A stretch of DNA of 64,000 nucleotides from Armatimonadota bacterium (GTDB lineage Bacteria > Armatimonadota > UBA5829 > DTJY01). Under the pieces are notes generated by a model, which ran no database searches, had not been told where the DNA came from, and saw only the letters and a list, made by a program, of their open reading frames with translations. The position numbers and the translations under genes are program-made. Below, piece after piece: positions 37,179-46,391 of the stretch. The DNA lies in assembly GCA_017993055.1 (NCBI GenBank), contig JAGONM010000006.1, positions 868-64,867 of the forward strand. Direction: 5' to 3'. Each line of letters starts with the position of its first letter. Positions within the stretch are counted from its first letter, which is position 1.

Positions 37179-39839
37179 CTACTTGTCCTCCAATGTGAAC
37201 TCCACCGTGACGATCTTCTTCGCCGGCACGTCGAACTTGACGACGCCGTCCGCGCCCATGATTAATTCACGCTCCGGCTCCTCGTTCAGGTTGGTCGCCC
37301 TGGCGGACGCAGCGCGATCCATTCGGACGGTGGCACCGTGAATCTGCTTGTCAAGGATGTTGAAGAACCGAACGATCACCGTATCCCTGTCCTCCGCCTT
37401 CTTGACGGCGGTTACCAGCAGTTCTGACGGCGTGACATCTAGGAAGCTGTGCGCCATCGGAAGGTCGCCGTCATGTGCGTCGGTCTGGATGCAGTACATC
37501 GGCACATCATGCTGGTGTGCCTGGACCCAGACCCTGGCTTCTTCCCAACTGTCGGCGTGAGGCACGATGGAATATTCGAAGCGATGAAGACCGGGCCACT
37601 GCGCGCCGGGAGTCAGCTTCGCTCCCGGTGCGTCCGATCCGCCGCTCAACCGTCCAACGCTCCGCTGAAGCGTTAGGGCGACCGTTCGCTCCGAGTCGTC
37701 GTAGACCTCGTACTCCGGCATGCCCCTGTTGACAATCGTCAAGCCGCGAGTACCGTCGTTTACATCGACCCACACGCGCTGAGGATAGTACGGCGCGGCG
37801 TTAGCCCAGTCCGCCGGCGGACGAACGGGCCGCGTCACGACGTCGAACTGCCCCTCCGCATGCGAAACGTCGGTGTCAATCCCGCTGGCGAACAGCACTC
37901 GCAACCGGTGGTCCTTCACGCGGTTATCGAACTCCGTGACGGCGTCGATCCTCGGCGAGCCGGCGGTGACTGTGAAGTAGCTCGTGTACGGGCAGTCGGC
38001 CATCTCGTCCGAGCGCCCCTTTCCGTCGGGGGTCGCGGACGCGGGCAATCGCATCATCCCCCGTATCCTCAGGACGGCGGTCACCGGATCTCCTGTCATG
38101 AGCGTGACCTCCGGGCTCGTACCGGCGGTCGTGACGATTCTGTCTTCGGCAGGCTTGCGGTAGAGGTACTCGTCGCCGACGTCCCCGCCGTCCTCGAGAA
38201 CGCCTACCTCTCGGAAATCCCCGATCTGAGGGGCAACGAGACTGCGGACGGTGATGCCCCCGCCGTCGGCTCTGATCTCCACCAGGCCGTTCGAGATGCT
38301 GTCTACGCCGAGAACGAAGTCCGACTGAATGCCGTCCTCATGATCGGCTGCCGGGTGGATCGTGTACGTTTTGTACCCACATGCTGGCACGTCTCTCGCG
38401 ACGAACTCGATCTCGAAGCGCCGGACCATCATGGCGAGCGGAAGCTCTATCGGCGAAAGCACCTGCTTCACCTGCAGTGATGAACCGACCTCGTAGTATG
38501 GGACTAAGTCTCCTCGGTCATCCCGAAGCTCGATCGCCTCGACGTACCGGGCCGGATCGGTTTCCGGCTTGTCGCGGACGGGATCGCCCGCTGGGATGTC
38601 GATCGTCGCGCGTATCCTGTCGGTCCTCGCCCAGTTGAGCGGGTTGAAGACGAGCAGGGCGTCGGAGTCGGTCTTGACCCGGGACGAGACGTATCCGAGG
38701 CCCCGATTCGTGAACTCCTCCGCGAGCTGTTGGACCTGCTGGAATCTCGGGACCATCTCGTCGTGCACCTGGTCGAGGCTGCAGCCGCAGATCGAGTCGT
38801 GCGGATGGTTCTGCATGAGGAGCTTCCATGCGTAGGTAAGGTAGTCCGCCGGGTACTCGCTGCCGAGCAGCCATGCGAACGTGGACGTCGGTTCCATGTA
38901 CTCCTCGAGCCAGTTCTCGGTCGCGTGGTTCGCTTGCTTCAGGTACATACGGCTTGACAGGGTGCCCGCCAGTACCGATCCACCCCGGTCCTCGCGCAAC
39001 TCGCCCCTGAACGTCTGCAGCGGTACACCGAGCCTATCGACGTCCGCCTTCACGGCACCCATGTAGGCGGGTAGAGTGCTGTGCACCAGTCGGTCGCCGT
39101 CGAGGCGCTCATTGACGCGCCTGAGGATGTCCGGCAGTCCTCTCTGCGCCTCCAGATGGTCGACGCCGTTCATCAGTAGAAGCTCGGGTACCGCGGCATG
39201 AGGAGCCATCCGCTCCCTGATGGCCTCAGTGTACTCGACCGCCTTCTCCGTGTCCGACGGAAACCGCTGCGCGTTGTTGTACCAGAATGCCATCAGTGAA
39301 GCGAGAACCTCGCTGCCGTCCGGCGATTCCCAGTGGAACTCCATCTTCCGATCGTCCGCAAGTTGGTAGCCGCGCCCGAAGATGGCGTTGTCGATTCCGA
39401 ACCCGCGAAAGATCTGCGGCATCTGCGAGATATTGCCGAACTGGTCGGGGATATAGCCGACCTTCATAGGTTTGCCGTACTTCTGGGCGGCCCTGTGTCC
39501 GATGAGGAGACTTCGGATTGTGGATTCGCCGCTGACGAGGTATTCGTCGTTGAGCTGGTACCAGGGCCCGACGAGTATCCGTCCATCGCGGATGTACGCG
39601 CGGAGCTTCTCCTCGTTCTGGGGCCGAATCTGCAGGTAGTCCTCCAGAACGATCGTCTGGCCGTCGAAGTTCCAGTACTTGAAGCCGGGGTCGGTGTCGA
39701 GTATCTCGAGCAGGTGGTCGATCAGATCTACCAGCCTAAGCCTGAACTGCTGAAATGTAAGATACCACTCGCGGTCCCAATGAGTATGCGAAACGACGTG
39801 CATTGTGCGGGACATCAGCTCCTCCACTTGCGCTCTCAA
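37179..39839 (-). CDS. glycoside hydrolase family 38 alpha-mannosidase
   Basis: N-terminal HVVSHTHWDREWY and YIPDQFGN motifs of the GH38 catalytic domain. ~880 aa. Confidence 0.85.
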   Translation of the reverse strand: MRAQVEELMSRTMHVVSHTHWDREWYLTFQQFRLRLVDLIDHLLEILDTDPGFKYWNFDGQTIVLEDYLQIRPQNEEKLRAYIRDGRILVGPWYQLNDEYLVSGESTIRSLLIGHRAAQKYGKPMKVGYIPDQFGNISQMPQIFRGFGIDNAIFGRGYQLADDRKMEFHWESPDGSEVLASLMAFWYNNAQRFPSDTEKAVEYTEAIRERMAPHAAVPELLLMNGVDHLEAQRGLPDILRRVNERLDGDRLVHSTLPAYMGAVKADVDRLGVPLQTFRGELREDRGGSVLAGTLSSRMYLKQANHATENWLEEYMEPTSTFAWLLGSEYPADYLTYAWKLLMQNHPHDSICGCSLDQVHDEMVPRFQQVQQLAEEFTNRGLGYVSSRVKTDSDALLVFNPLNWARTDRIRATIDIPAGDPVRDKPETDPARYVEAIELRDDRGDLVPYYEVGSSLQVKQVLSPIELPLAMMVRRFEIEFVARDVPACGYKTYTIHPAADHEDGIQSDFVLGVDSISNGLVEIRADGGGITVRSLVAPQIGDFREVGVLEDGGDVGDEYLYRKPAEDRIVTTAGTSPEVTLMTGDPVTAVLRIRGMMRLPASATPDGKGRSDEMADCPYTSYFTVTAGSPRIDAVTEFDNRVKDHRLRVLFASGIDTDVSHAEGQFDVVTRPVRPPADWANAAPYYPQRVWVDVNDGTRGLTIVNRGMPEYEVYDDSERTVALTLQRSVGRLSGGSDAPGAKLTPGAQWPGLHRFEYSIVPHADSWEEARVWVQAHQHDVPMYCIQTDAHDGDLPMAHSFLDVTPSELLVTAVKKAEDRDTVIVRFFNILDKQIHGATVRMDRAASARATNLNEEPERELIMGADGVVKFDVPAKKIVTVEFTLEDK

Positions 39840-39930
39840 TCGCCACTTCCAGCCGGTAACGGGTGGGCCGCAACCGCCGATTCCTCTGTTCGACGCGCGG
39901 CCGAATCATTCCTGTGCAGGGCGGTCGCGG

Positions 39931-39959
39931 TTGACAAACTGTGAAGATTATGGTAAACT
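39931..39959 (+). promoter_or_regulatory. sigma70-like promoter (TTGACA-17-TAAACT) for the LuxR-family gene
   Basis: Consensus -35 with a 17-nt spacer, in the 300-nt gap between the divergent GH38 and LuxR genes. Confidence 0.4.
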
Positions 39960-40142
39960 TATGGCGTGAAGGCGATGCGGCCATGATGCTGGTTTACCGG
40001 TCTGGCGTGTTTCCGTCACAATCGCAGAATAGTCTGTGCTTTCGCCCTGTACCATTCATCTCGGCGGCGGAGTTCTCAGAGCCGCAGGGCGAATATGGAG
40101 TTGTACGTTGCTTCCGGGGAAGTACGCGCGGGAGTCACACAA

Positions 40143-40400
40143 ATGGACACTATCGACTCGTCCGAGCATCAAGAAGAGACGTTGATCAGGCTCACAAAAA
40201 GGGAGATCGAGGTCCTGAAACTCGTGCTCGAGGGCAAGTCCAGCAAGGAAGTAGCCACGGGCCTGTGTTGCAGCAAACGGACCGTTGATTTCCACCTGGC
40301 GCGAGTGTACGAGAAACTGCAGGTTTCGAACAGGGTGCAGGCGATGCGTCGCGCCGCGTTGTTGGGGTTGATCCCGAACAGCGTTGACGGCAACGGTTGA
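40143..40400 (+). CDS. LuxR-family HTH transcriptional regulator (small, HTH-only)
   Basis: LTKREIEVLKLVLEGKSSKEVATGLCCSKRTVDFHLARVYEKLQV is a GerE/LuxR HTH. A consensus sigma70 promoter lies upstream at 39931-39959. Confidence 0.65.
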   Translation: MDTIDSSEHQEETLIRLTKREIEVLKLVLEGKSSKEVATGLCCSKRTVDFHLARVYEKLQVSNRVQAMRRAALLGLIPNSVDGNG

Positions 40401-40421
40401 CCAACGAGGCCGGCCGAACGC

Positions 40422-41507
40422 TCAGGATTCCCGGAAGGCGTCTCGGCCGGCCTTTACTAATGCCTCTATGTTTTCAAACGGCGCGTCTCTCGGTATGTCA
40501 TCCGCGCTCCCCAGAATGTACCCCGTCGGCCCCAGGACTTCGATGCATCGTGTTGACTCGGCGTAGACCTCCTCCGGAGTTCCTCTAAGCAGCAGCAGGG
40601 TGCTGACTCCGCCCTTGAGGCAGACCCGGTCTCCCACGGCGCGCCTTACTCTCTCGAGCCTCACCCCTCCGTCCACGTCAAGCGGCTCCACTGCGTCCAC
40701 CCCGGTGTCAGCCATCAGGCCGAGAATCGGCTCCGAGTTCCCGCAAATGTGGAGGTAGACCTTGACGCCGAGCGACTGAAACGCCCGCGCGGCTCGATGG
40801 TGACAGGGTAGGCAGAAGCGTTCGTACATTGCCGGCGAAATGATGCTGGGGGATGCCCAGGCGTCTCCGATGTAGATGCCGTCAACACCTGCCTGAATCA
40901 GGGCCTTGCCTGCCTCTATGGAGATGTCGGTGGCGCGTTCCATCGCTTCCCGCACGAAGATGGGATCGTCGGTTAGGTCTACGAGTGCCTGATCCGACCC
41001 GCGCCACGCTGCGAGCGAGTTCATTGTCTGCCCGGCGGCGACTCCCGCCACGAACGCATCCTGCCCGACGGTTTCTACCATCCGCGTCACGGAGTCGGTG
41101 TATCCTTCCTCGACGTATGAGGATGCCTGCTTGACGGGTATCCTGTCGAGATCGCGCTTGTTCTCGAGGAGTGGCTTCGCGGCCAGAGCCACAGGCATGT
41201 CGTCCTCGGGGAGCCGCGCCGTCGGAACGCCTCTTGCGTCGAGCAGATAGGTAATCCCGTCGCAAACCGACGTTCTGGGCTGTTGGGCGCCTCTCGGAGG
41301 GCCGAATCCAATCTCGAAGCCGTCGAAGCCGAATCTGCGGTGGAGAGCGCTCAACCCCTCGTGGATCAGTTCCTGGTGCATAGCCATATCCCGGAGCTTC
41401 CTGCCCAGGACTCTCGACCCGAAGTACGCGGTCACCACTGGGAAGACGGGTACGCGGTCCACCGGCTCTTGATTCATCGCCGCCAGGACTCTCTGCTTCG
41501 GTGTCAT
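40422..41507 (-). CDS. uroporphyrinogen decarboxylase (URO-D) family protein, MtaA/CmuA-like
   Basis: MTPKQRVLAAMNQEPVDRVPVFP... and overall URO-D fold similarity. I place the start at the internal Met conserved in the family. Confidence 0.65.
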   Translation of the reverse strand: MTPKQRVLAAMNQEPVDRVPVFPVVTAYFGSRVLGRKLRDMAMHQELIHEGLSALHRRFGFDGFEIGFGPPRGAQQPRTSVCDGITYLLDARGVPTARLPEDDMPVALAAKPLLENKRDLDRIPVKQASSYVEEGYTDSVTRMVETVGQDAFVAGVAAGQTMNSLAAWRGSDQALVDLTDDPIFVREAMERATDISIEAGKALIQAGVDGIYIGDAWASPSIISPAMYERFCLPCHHRAARAFQSLGVKVYLHICGNSEPILGLMADTGVDAVEPLDVDGGVRLERVRRAVGDRVCLKGGVSTLLLLRGTPEEVYAESTRCIEVLGPTGYILGSADDIPRDAPFENIEALVKAGRDAFRES

Positions 41508-41660
41508 CATGATCTGTTGCTGAGGCAGGATCATCATATCAGGGCGCATGGGGCATGTCAAAACCGTTGTACAGGAGCCTTCCGGTGTTGTAGAATGACG
41601 TGCGTCTCGAATGACGGTCCTCGACCTGGGTGCCGAGGACCGGAGAGGAATCCGATTCCC

Positions 41661-42305
41661 ATGGGCAAGGATCGCGTGACATCGCTCGTGACCGCGCTGG
41701 TCGCCGGGGCTGTCATCTTTGGACTGTACAGGTTCCAAGCCGAATACCACGAGTACCACGACTACCTGGTGACGAATGTCGCTGCTCTGCTATGGGTGCC
41801 GATGCTGTCCGTGATGCTGATCCTGCGGCGGGAGCCCGACTCGTTCGGGTTCGGCCTTGGAGACATGCGGCACGGAATGCGTCTGGCGGCGGTTCTCTAT
41901 TTCGCCGTGCTGCCGTTCCTCATCTACGCCTCCACGCGCAGTGACTTCCGTCAGTACTACCCGATTCAGAAATGGGCCGGAGACAGTCTCTATTTGTTCG
42001 CTTACTTCGAACTCACCTACGGCATGTATCTCTTCTGCTGGGAGTTCTTCTTCCGGGGCTTCACGCTGTTCGGCCTCTCCAGGTCGCTAGGAGGGTTGAT
42101 TGCTGTTCTCGCGCAGGCGGCCGGGTTCGGCTTGCTGCACCTGGGCAAGCCTCCCCAGGAGGTGCTTGCTTCATTCGGTGCGGGGATCATCCTCGGCTTT
42201 CTGGCGCTGAGATCGAAGTCCTTCCTGCCGTGCTTCGTCGTCCATTGGGCGGCGGCGTTTACATTCGACGTACTGATCATCCTTGGGAAGAGGGGCGCGT
42301 TCTAA
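41661..42305 (+). CDS. CPBP-family (CAAX-type) intramembrane metalloprotease
   Basis: Motifs WEFFFRGF (EExxxR-like), FGLLHLG (FxxxH) and VVHWAAAF (H) in a polytopic ~214-aa protein. GGAGAGG RBS. Confidence 0.75.
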   Translation: MGKDRVTSLVTALVAGAVIFGLYRFQAEYHEYHDYLVTNVAALLWVPMLSVMLILRREPDSFGFGLGDMRHGMRLAAVLYFAVLPFLIYASTRSDFRQYYPIQKWAGDSLYLFAYFELTYGMYLFCWEFFFRGFTLFGLSRSLGGLIAVLAQAAGFGLLHLGKPPQEVLASFGAGIILGFLALRSKSFLPCFVVHWAAAFTFDVLIILGKRGAF

Positions 42306-42308
42306 CGG

Positions 42309-42926
42309 CTAGTATCCTCGCACCAGCGCGATGACCCGTCCTATCAGCCTGCAGTCCCGCTCACCCATCGCAATCGGGCAGTAAGCGGGGTTCTCCGGCG
42401 CGAGCACCGCGCTCCCGTCGTGCAGCCTCAACCGCTTGACCGTCGCTTCATCTCCGAGTAGCGCCGCAACAAGGTCCCCGTCATCCGCCGTCTGTTGCGC
42501 GCGGATGATGACGAAATCGCCTTCCAGGATGTGAGCGCCCACCATGCTGTCGCCCCTGACGCGCAGTGCGAAGACCGTGTCGGCATTGTGCAGCATGGAT
42601 CTCGGTACGGAGAGCTCGCCCTCCATGTTGTCGATTGCCAGCAGAGGCGCGCCGGCGGCGATCGTGCCGAGTATCGGCACCCGGGCGAGACCCTCGGCAG
42701 CCGGCTCGACTGACGGACGCAGCACCTTGATGCCTCTGGAGAGGCTCTCCCTCCGGATGAAGCCCTTCCGTTCGAGCGCGTCTAGATGGACCGTGACTCC
42801 CCTGAGGCTCTTGATCCCGAACTCCGCGCCGATCTCGCGTATCGATGGGGGGTAGCCCTTTTCGTTTGTGAATCTGACGACGAACTCCAGCACAGCGCGC
42901 TGTCTGGCCGTGAGCAGTTTCGACAT
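42309..42926 (-). CDS. lexA: LexA repressor
   Basis: N-terminal winged HTH (LTARQRAVLEFVVRFTNEKGYPPSIREIG). The Ala-Gly cleavage site (GTIAAGAPL) and S24 peptidase Ser/Lys (RVRGDSMV...TVKRL) are present. GAGGAG RBS. Confidence 0.85.
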   Translation of the reverse strand: MSKLLTARQRAVLEFVVRFTNEKGYPPSIREIGAEFGIKSLRGVTVHLDALERKGFIRRESLSRGIKVLRPSVEPAAEGLARVPILGTIAAGAPLLAIDNMEGELSVPRSMLHNADTVFALRVRGDSMVGAHILEGDFVIIRAQQTADDGDLVAALLGDEATVKRLRLHDGSAVLAPENPAYCPIAMGERDCRLIGRVIALVRGY

Positions 42927-43028
42927 GGCGATCTCCTCTGAGGCAATCTCATTCGGATTGTATGCCGGACTTCCGTCTACGTCAAGCGAGTGTCTCGAAC
43001 GCCCTGGCCCCATGAGCCGTCGAAGGAC

Positions 43029-43047
43029 TCCACGACCGTTCCGTGGA
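43029..43047. promoter_or_regulatory. perfect inverted repeat TCCACG-N7-CGTGGA in the divergent lexA / glycosidase intergenic region (candidate operator)
   Basis: 6-bp perfect arms around a 7-bp spacer (ACCGTTC). About 100 bp upstream of lexA and about 60 bp upstream of the 43106 gene. Confidence 0.3.
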
Positions 43048-43105
43048 ATCTGCCTGGAAAGAGTCAGGCGATTCGGCTGCGAACGCTCGGCCTCTCGGAG
43101 GGAAT

Positions 43106-46100
43106 ATGAATGAACTTGTTGGGCAGAGGGTTGAGATAGCTCAGTTTGGCCGGTTCAGCTATTGGACCGGTGACGGCCCGCTGACGCTGAGCAGACAAGA
43201 TGCTCCCGAACTCGGCGGCTGTCATCTGCCGGTGGACGGAGAAGGGCAGGAGGGATCGCACATCGGCGTAGAGTGGGAGAACGCCAGGCAGTTCTCCAGG
43301 GTCGAGGCTCGGTTCGCGGAAGCCTTTTCCAGAATCTGCGACGTGCGACTCCAGTACTGGGCGCACAACTGGCCCCCCGATCTCGACGGCGGTTGGACGG
43401 CCGTTGACGACCTCTTCCACGGGCGTTGGGTCACAGCGAACGGAGAGGCCGCTATCGAGGGCGATACCTGGAGTTTCGTGTTCGATCCGCTCGATATTAC
43501 CGAGATTCACCGCGCGCAGGATTTCGCAGTGCATTACAGGCAGTCCCTTCGGGTGCGCCTGCTCTTCCCGGACGGTCTCAGCCCGGCAGTCGCCGAGCTG
43601 ATGGTGTTCTCTGATTCCGTTTGGCGCGAGGCTGCGCTTCGTGTCGAGTTTGGTCTGTGCGAGCAGGGGGTGACCTACGCCGGACCGGTGGGAGTTCACA
43701 ACGGCTGCGTCCTCTCCGCCGACGAGAGCGATCCGCGATCGGTCGCCCTGCGCGTGCTGTATGCCGACACGCGCAACTACGGCGAGGGACTGAGCATCGC
43801 CTATGCCCCCGATCGCACGGTCGTAACCGTCTCGGGGGTCGAGAGGGACTTCTCGTTCCTGGTGACTGATGCGCTCCGGGCGGGGGTCTGCATTCCGGAT
43901 TTCGGTGTCTTCGTCGGCGAGGCAGGAAGGGGCGGCTACGAGGCGTGGAATGAGTCGCGGCCCGACGACGCGCCGGTCCCTATCTACGACAGGGTTCTTG
44001 ACGAGCCGGAGCAAGACTACTTGCGCGCAAGCAGGGAGATCCCACAACTGATCAAGACGAGGCAGGACAAGTTCGGCAGGTACGTACCGATAGGCTGCGA
44101 CGCCAACCGCCAGGAGTTCGCCGTTCGCTTCAATGGCGACGTCTTTGCCGACAAGTACGAGTTGAAACTCGTAGGGCGAGATCCCGCGAAGCTTCTCTGG
44201 CCCGGGAACAGCCTGTGGTTCAAGTTCCCGACCGGCGATCCCCCCGATTTCCGCGAGCGGGAGGACGGGACTCAGCAGTCGGCGCGGAACGGCTGCCTTC
44301 CGATCTACACGAGTGTTTGGAGGGATCGCGAGTTCATCCATGAGATGACCGTCTTCTCCGCACTGCTTCACGAATCTCCATGGGAGGAGGACAAGAAGCG
44401 GGGTGATGAGCCGATGGTCGCGCTGTCCCGCGTCGGGATACGCAACACGACCGACGAGAAGCGGCGTACAAGGTTCTGGATAGTCATAGAACAGCCCGAA
44501 AAGCTTAGCATAGATGATCAGGGTTTCGTATATGCGGAGGGGCGCCTTCGCGACGACCACGTCCCCGACTCCGCGAGTGGCAAGCGCTGGGTCGTGGAAG
44601 GCTATTCCGCTCGCAGGCTTCGAGCTCAGATGCGGACGAACGGCGTCGGCAAGGTTTCTGCCACCCCGTGCTGTTATCAGCCTCATGAAGTGACCAGCTT
44701 TGCCAACGCAGTCGCATATGATATCGAACTCGAGCCCCGGCAGAGCCACGAAATCGAGCTGTTCATTCCCTTCATAACCTTTTCTGGTGACGAAGGCCGT
44801 GATGCCGTTGCGTCCCTCGACTATGACGCCAAACTGGCGGAGATGACCGCCTTCTGGGAGGCCCAGATCGGCGCGGGGGCCAGGATCCAGGTCCCTGAGG
44901 AACTCCTGACTGACTTCAACAAGGCGAACGTCGCCCACATTGCCATCACCGCCGACAAGGACACAGACACCGGGCTCTACATTGTCGGCGCGGGCACCTG
45001 GAGATATCAGGTCTTCGGCACTGAGACGGTTGAGCAGTGCCGCGCGCTAGATCTCCGCGGCTACCACGACAGAGCGCGTAAGTACATCACGCCGTTTGTG
45101 GAACTGCAGGGCACACGCCGGATGGACGGCCGCTTCAAGACTCAGGCGGGAGCCTTCCACGGGGTCCGTGTCAACGATTCCTACGATTACCAGGTCGGTG
45201 ATTACAGCGTGGACCATGGGACGGTGCTGTGGTGGCTGTGTGAGCATTACAAGCTGACGCGTGACGTTGAGTGGCTTGGGAGCGTCGCTCCGAACATCAT
45301 CGCCGCGTGCGATTACGTTACGTTCGAGCGTCAGGCCACAATGGAGACCGACGCATCCGGCCAGAGAGTCCGGCAGTTCGGGCTCCTGCCGCCTGCCCAC
45401 CTGGACGACAACCCGGAGTGGCAGTACTGGTACGTTGTGAACGCACTCGCCTATCGAGGGATGACCGTTGCAGGAGAAGTGCTCGCAGAGATCGGTCACG
45501 CGGACGCCTCGCGCATCGCTGCCGATGCGAAGGCATACGGTGACGATATCCGCCGCTCGCTCGCGAGATCCATCGAACTGGCGCCTGTAGTGGGCCTCGC
45601 GGACGGCAGCTACATCCCGCAGACGCCCGTGAGGTGTCTGCTGAGGGGGCGAGATATCGGATGGATTCGCGAGTCGCTGTTCGGCGCGGTCTTCAACATG
45701 GACTGCGGTCTCATCGAGTACGACTCCGCGGAGGCCACATGGATACTCAAGGACTTCGAGGACAACATCTCCGTTTCCCGTCGAGTCGGACGGCAGGTTG
45801 ACCTCGAACGCTTCTGGTTCAGCCAGGGTGGGCTTACAATCCAGTCCAACTTGCTGCCGAATACTTTGGTATACCTGGCGCGTGGGCAGGTCGAGCATGC
45901 GCTCAGGGCCTTCTACAACAGCATGGCCGCCAATCTCTATGCCGACGTGCGCTGCTTCACCGAGCATCCCGTGGCCGCATACGGCCTCGGCGTCGGGCCG
46001 TTCTACAAGACGCCTGACGAATCGGCTTTCATCACCTGGCTCCGCTACCTGCTGCTGATGGAACGGGGCAGCGATCTGATTCTCGCGCCCGGAACTCCCA

Positions 46101-46387
46101 GGTCGTGGCTGGGGGACGGCAAGGAGATTCTTGCGGAGGAGATGCCGACGTACTTCGGACCGGTGAGTCTGCGAATCGCGTCTAGGGTGAATAGCGGGCG
46201 GATCCATGCCGAGATCGTCCCTCCGAAGCGGAATCCGCCGGCGCGGCTCCTGCTGCACATTCGGCACCCGGAGGGAGTGCCCATGAGAGGGGCGACGGTC
46301 AACGGTTCGCCGCATGCGTCTTCCGGCGAACTGGTTGTCGTCGAGTGTCCGTTCCCCGACAAGATCGAGATAGTCGCGGAGTATTGA
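43106..46387 (+). CDS. large (~1090 aa) uncharacterised six-hairpin glycosidase-like protein
   Basis: GGAGGG RBS. No signal peptide seen. The C-terminal third resembles (alpha/alpha)6 glycosidases and is paralogous to the C-terminal region of the next gene (LLHIRHPEG...VTVNG...VVVE... versus HLRIRHPEG...VSVPG...VVIRG...IEY). Confidence 0.5.
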   Translation: MNELVGQRVEIAQFGRFSYWTGDGPLTLSRQDAPELGGCHLPVDGEGQEGSHIGVEWENARQFSRVEARFAEAFSRICDVRLQYWAHNWPPDLDGGWTAVDDLFHGRWVTANGEAAIEGDTWSFVFDPLDITEIHRAQDFAVHYRQSLRVRLLFPDGLSPAVAELMVFSDSVWREAALRVEFGLCEQGVTYAGPVGVHNGCVLSADESDPRSVALRVLYADTRNYGEGLSIAYAPDRTVVTVSGVERDFSFLVTDALRAGVCIPDFGVFVGEAGRGGYEAWNESRPDDAPVPIYDRVLDEPEQDYLRASREIPQLIKTRQDKFGRYVPIGCDANRQEFAVRFNGDVFADKYELKLVGRDPAKLLWPGNSLWFKFPTGDPPDFREREDGTQQSARNGCLPIYTSVWRDREFIHEMTVFSALLHESPWEEDKKRGDEPMVALSRVGIRNTTDEKRRTRFWIVIEQPEKLSIDDQGFVYAEGRLRDDHVPDSASGKRWVVEGYSARRLRAQMRTNGVGKVSATPCCYQPHEVTSFANAVAYDIELEPRQSHEIELFIPFITFSGDEGRDAVASLDYDAKLAEMTAFWEAQIGAGARIQVPEELLTDFNKANVAHIAITADKDTDTGLYIVGAGTWRYQVFGTETVEQCRALDLRGYHDRARKYITPFVELQGTRRMDGRFKTQAGAFHGVRVNDSYDYQVGDYSVDHGTVLWWLCEHYKLTRDVEWLGSVAPNIIAACDYVTFERQATMETDASGQRVRQFGLLPPAHLDDNPEWQYWYVVNALAYRGMTVAGEVLAEIGHADASRIAADAKAYGDDIRRSLARSIELAPVVGLADGSYIPQTPVRCLLRGRDIGWIRESLFGAVFNMDCGLIEYDSAEATWILKDFEDNISVSRRVGRQVDLERFWFSQGGLTIQSNLLPNTLVYLARGQVEHALRAFYNSMAANLYADVRCFTEHPVAAYGLGVGPFYKTPDESAFITWLRYLLLMERGSDLILAPGTPRSWLGDGKEILAEEMPTYFGPVSLRIASRVNSGRIHAEIVPPKRNPPARLLLHIRHPEGVPMRGATVNGSPHASSGELVVVECPFPDKIEIVAEY

Positions 46388-46391
46388 GCAA

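Noticed and set aside
43064-44938. 624-aa minus-strand ORF, and the 483-aa (45047..46498) and 541-aa (48471..50096) ORFs
   Set aside because: All three are antisense to the two large glycosidase-like genes. The sense strand has RBSs, a paralogous relationship and protein-like composition. The antisense frames are Arg/Gly/Pro-rich artefacts.
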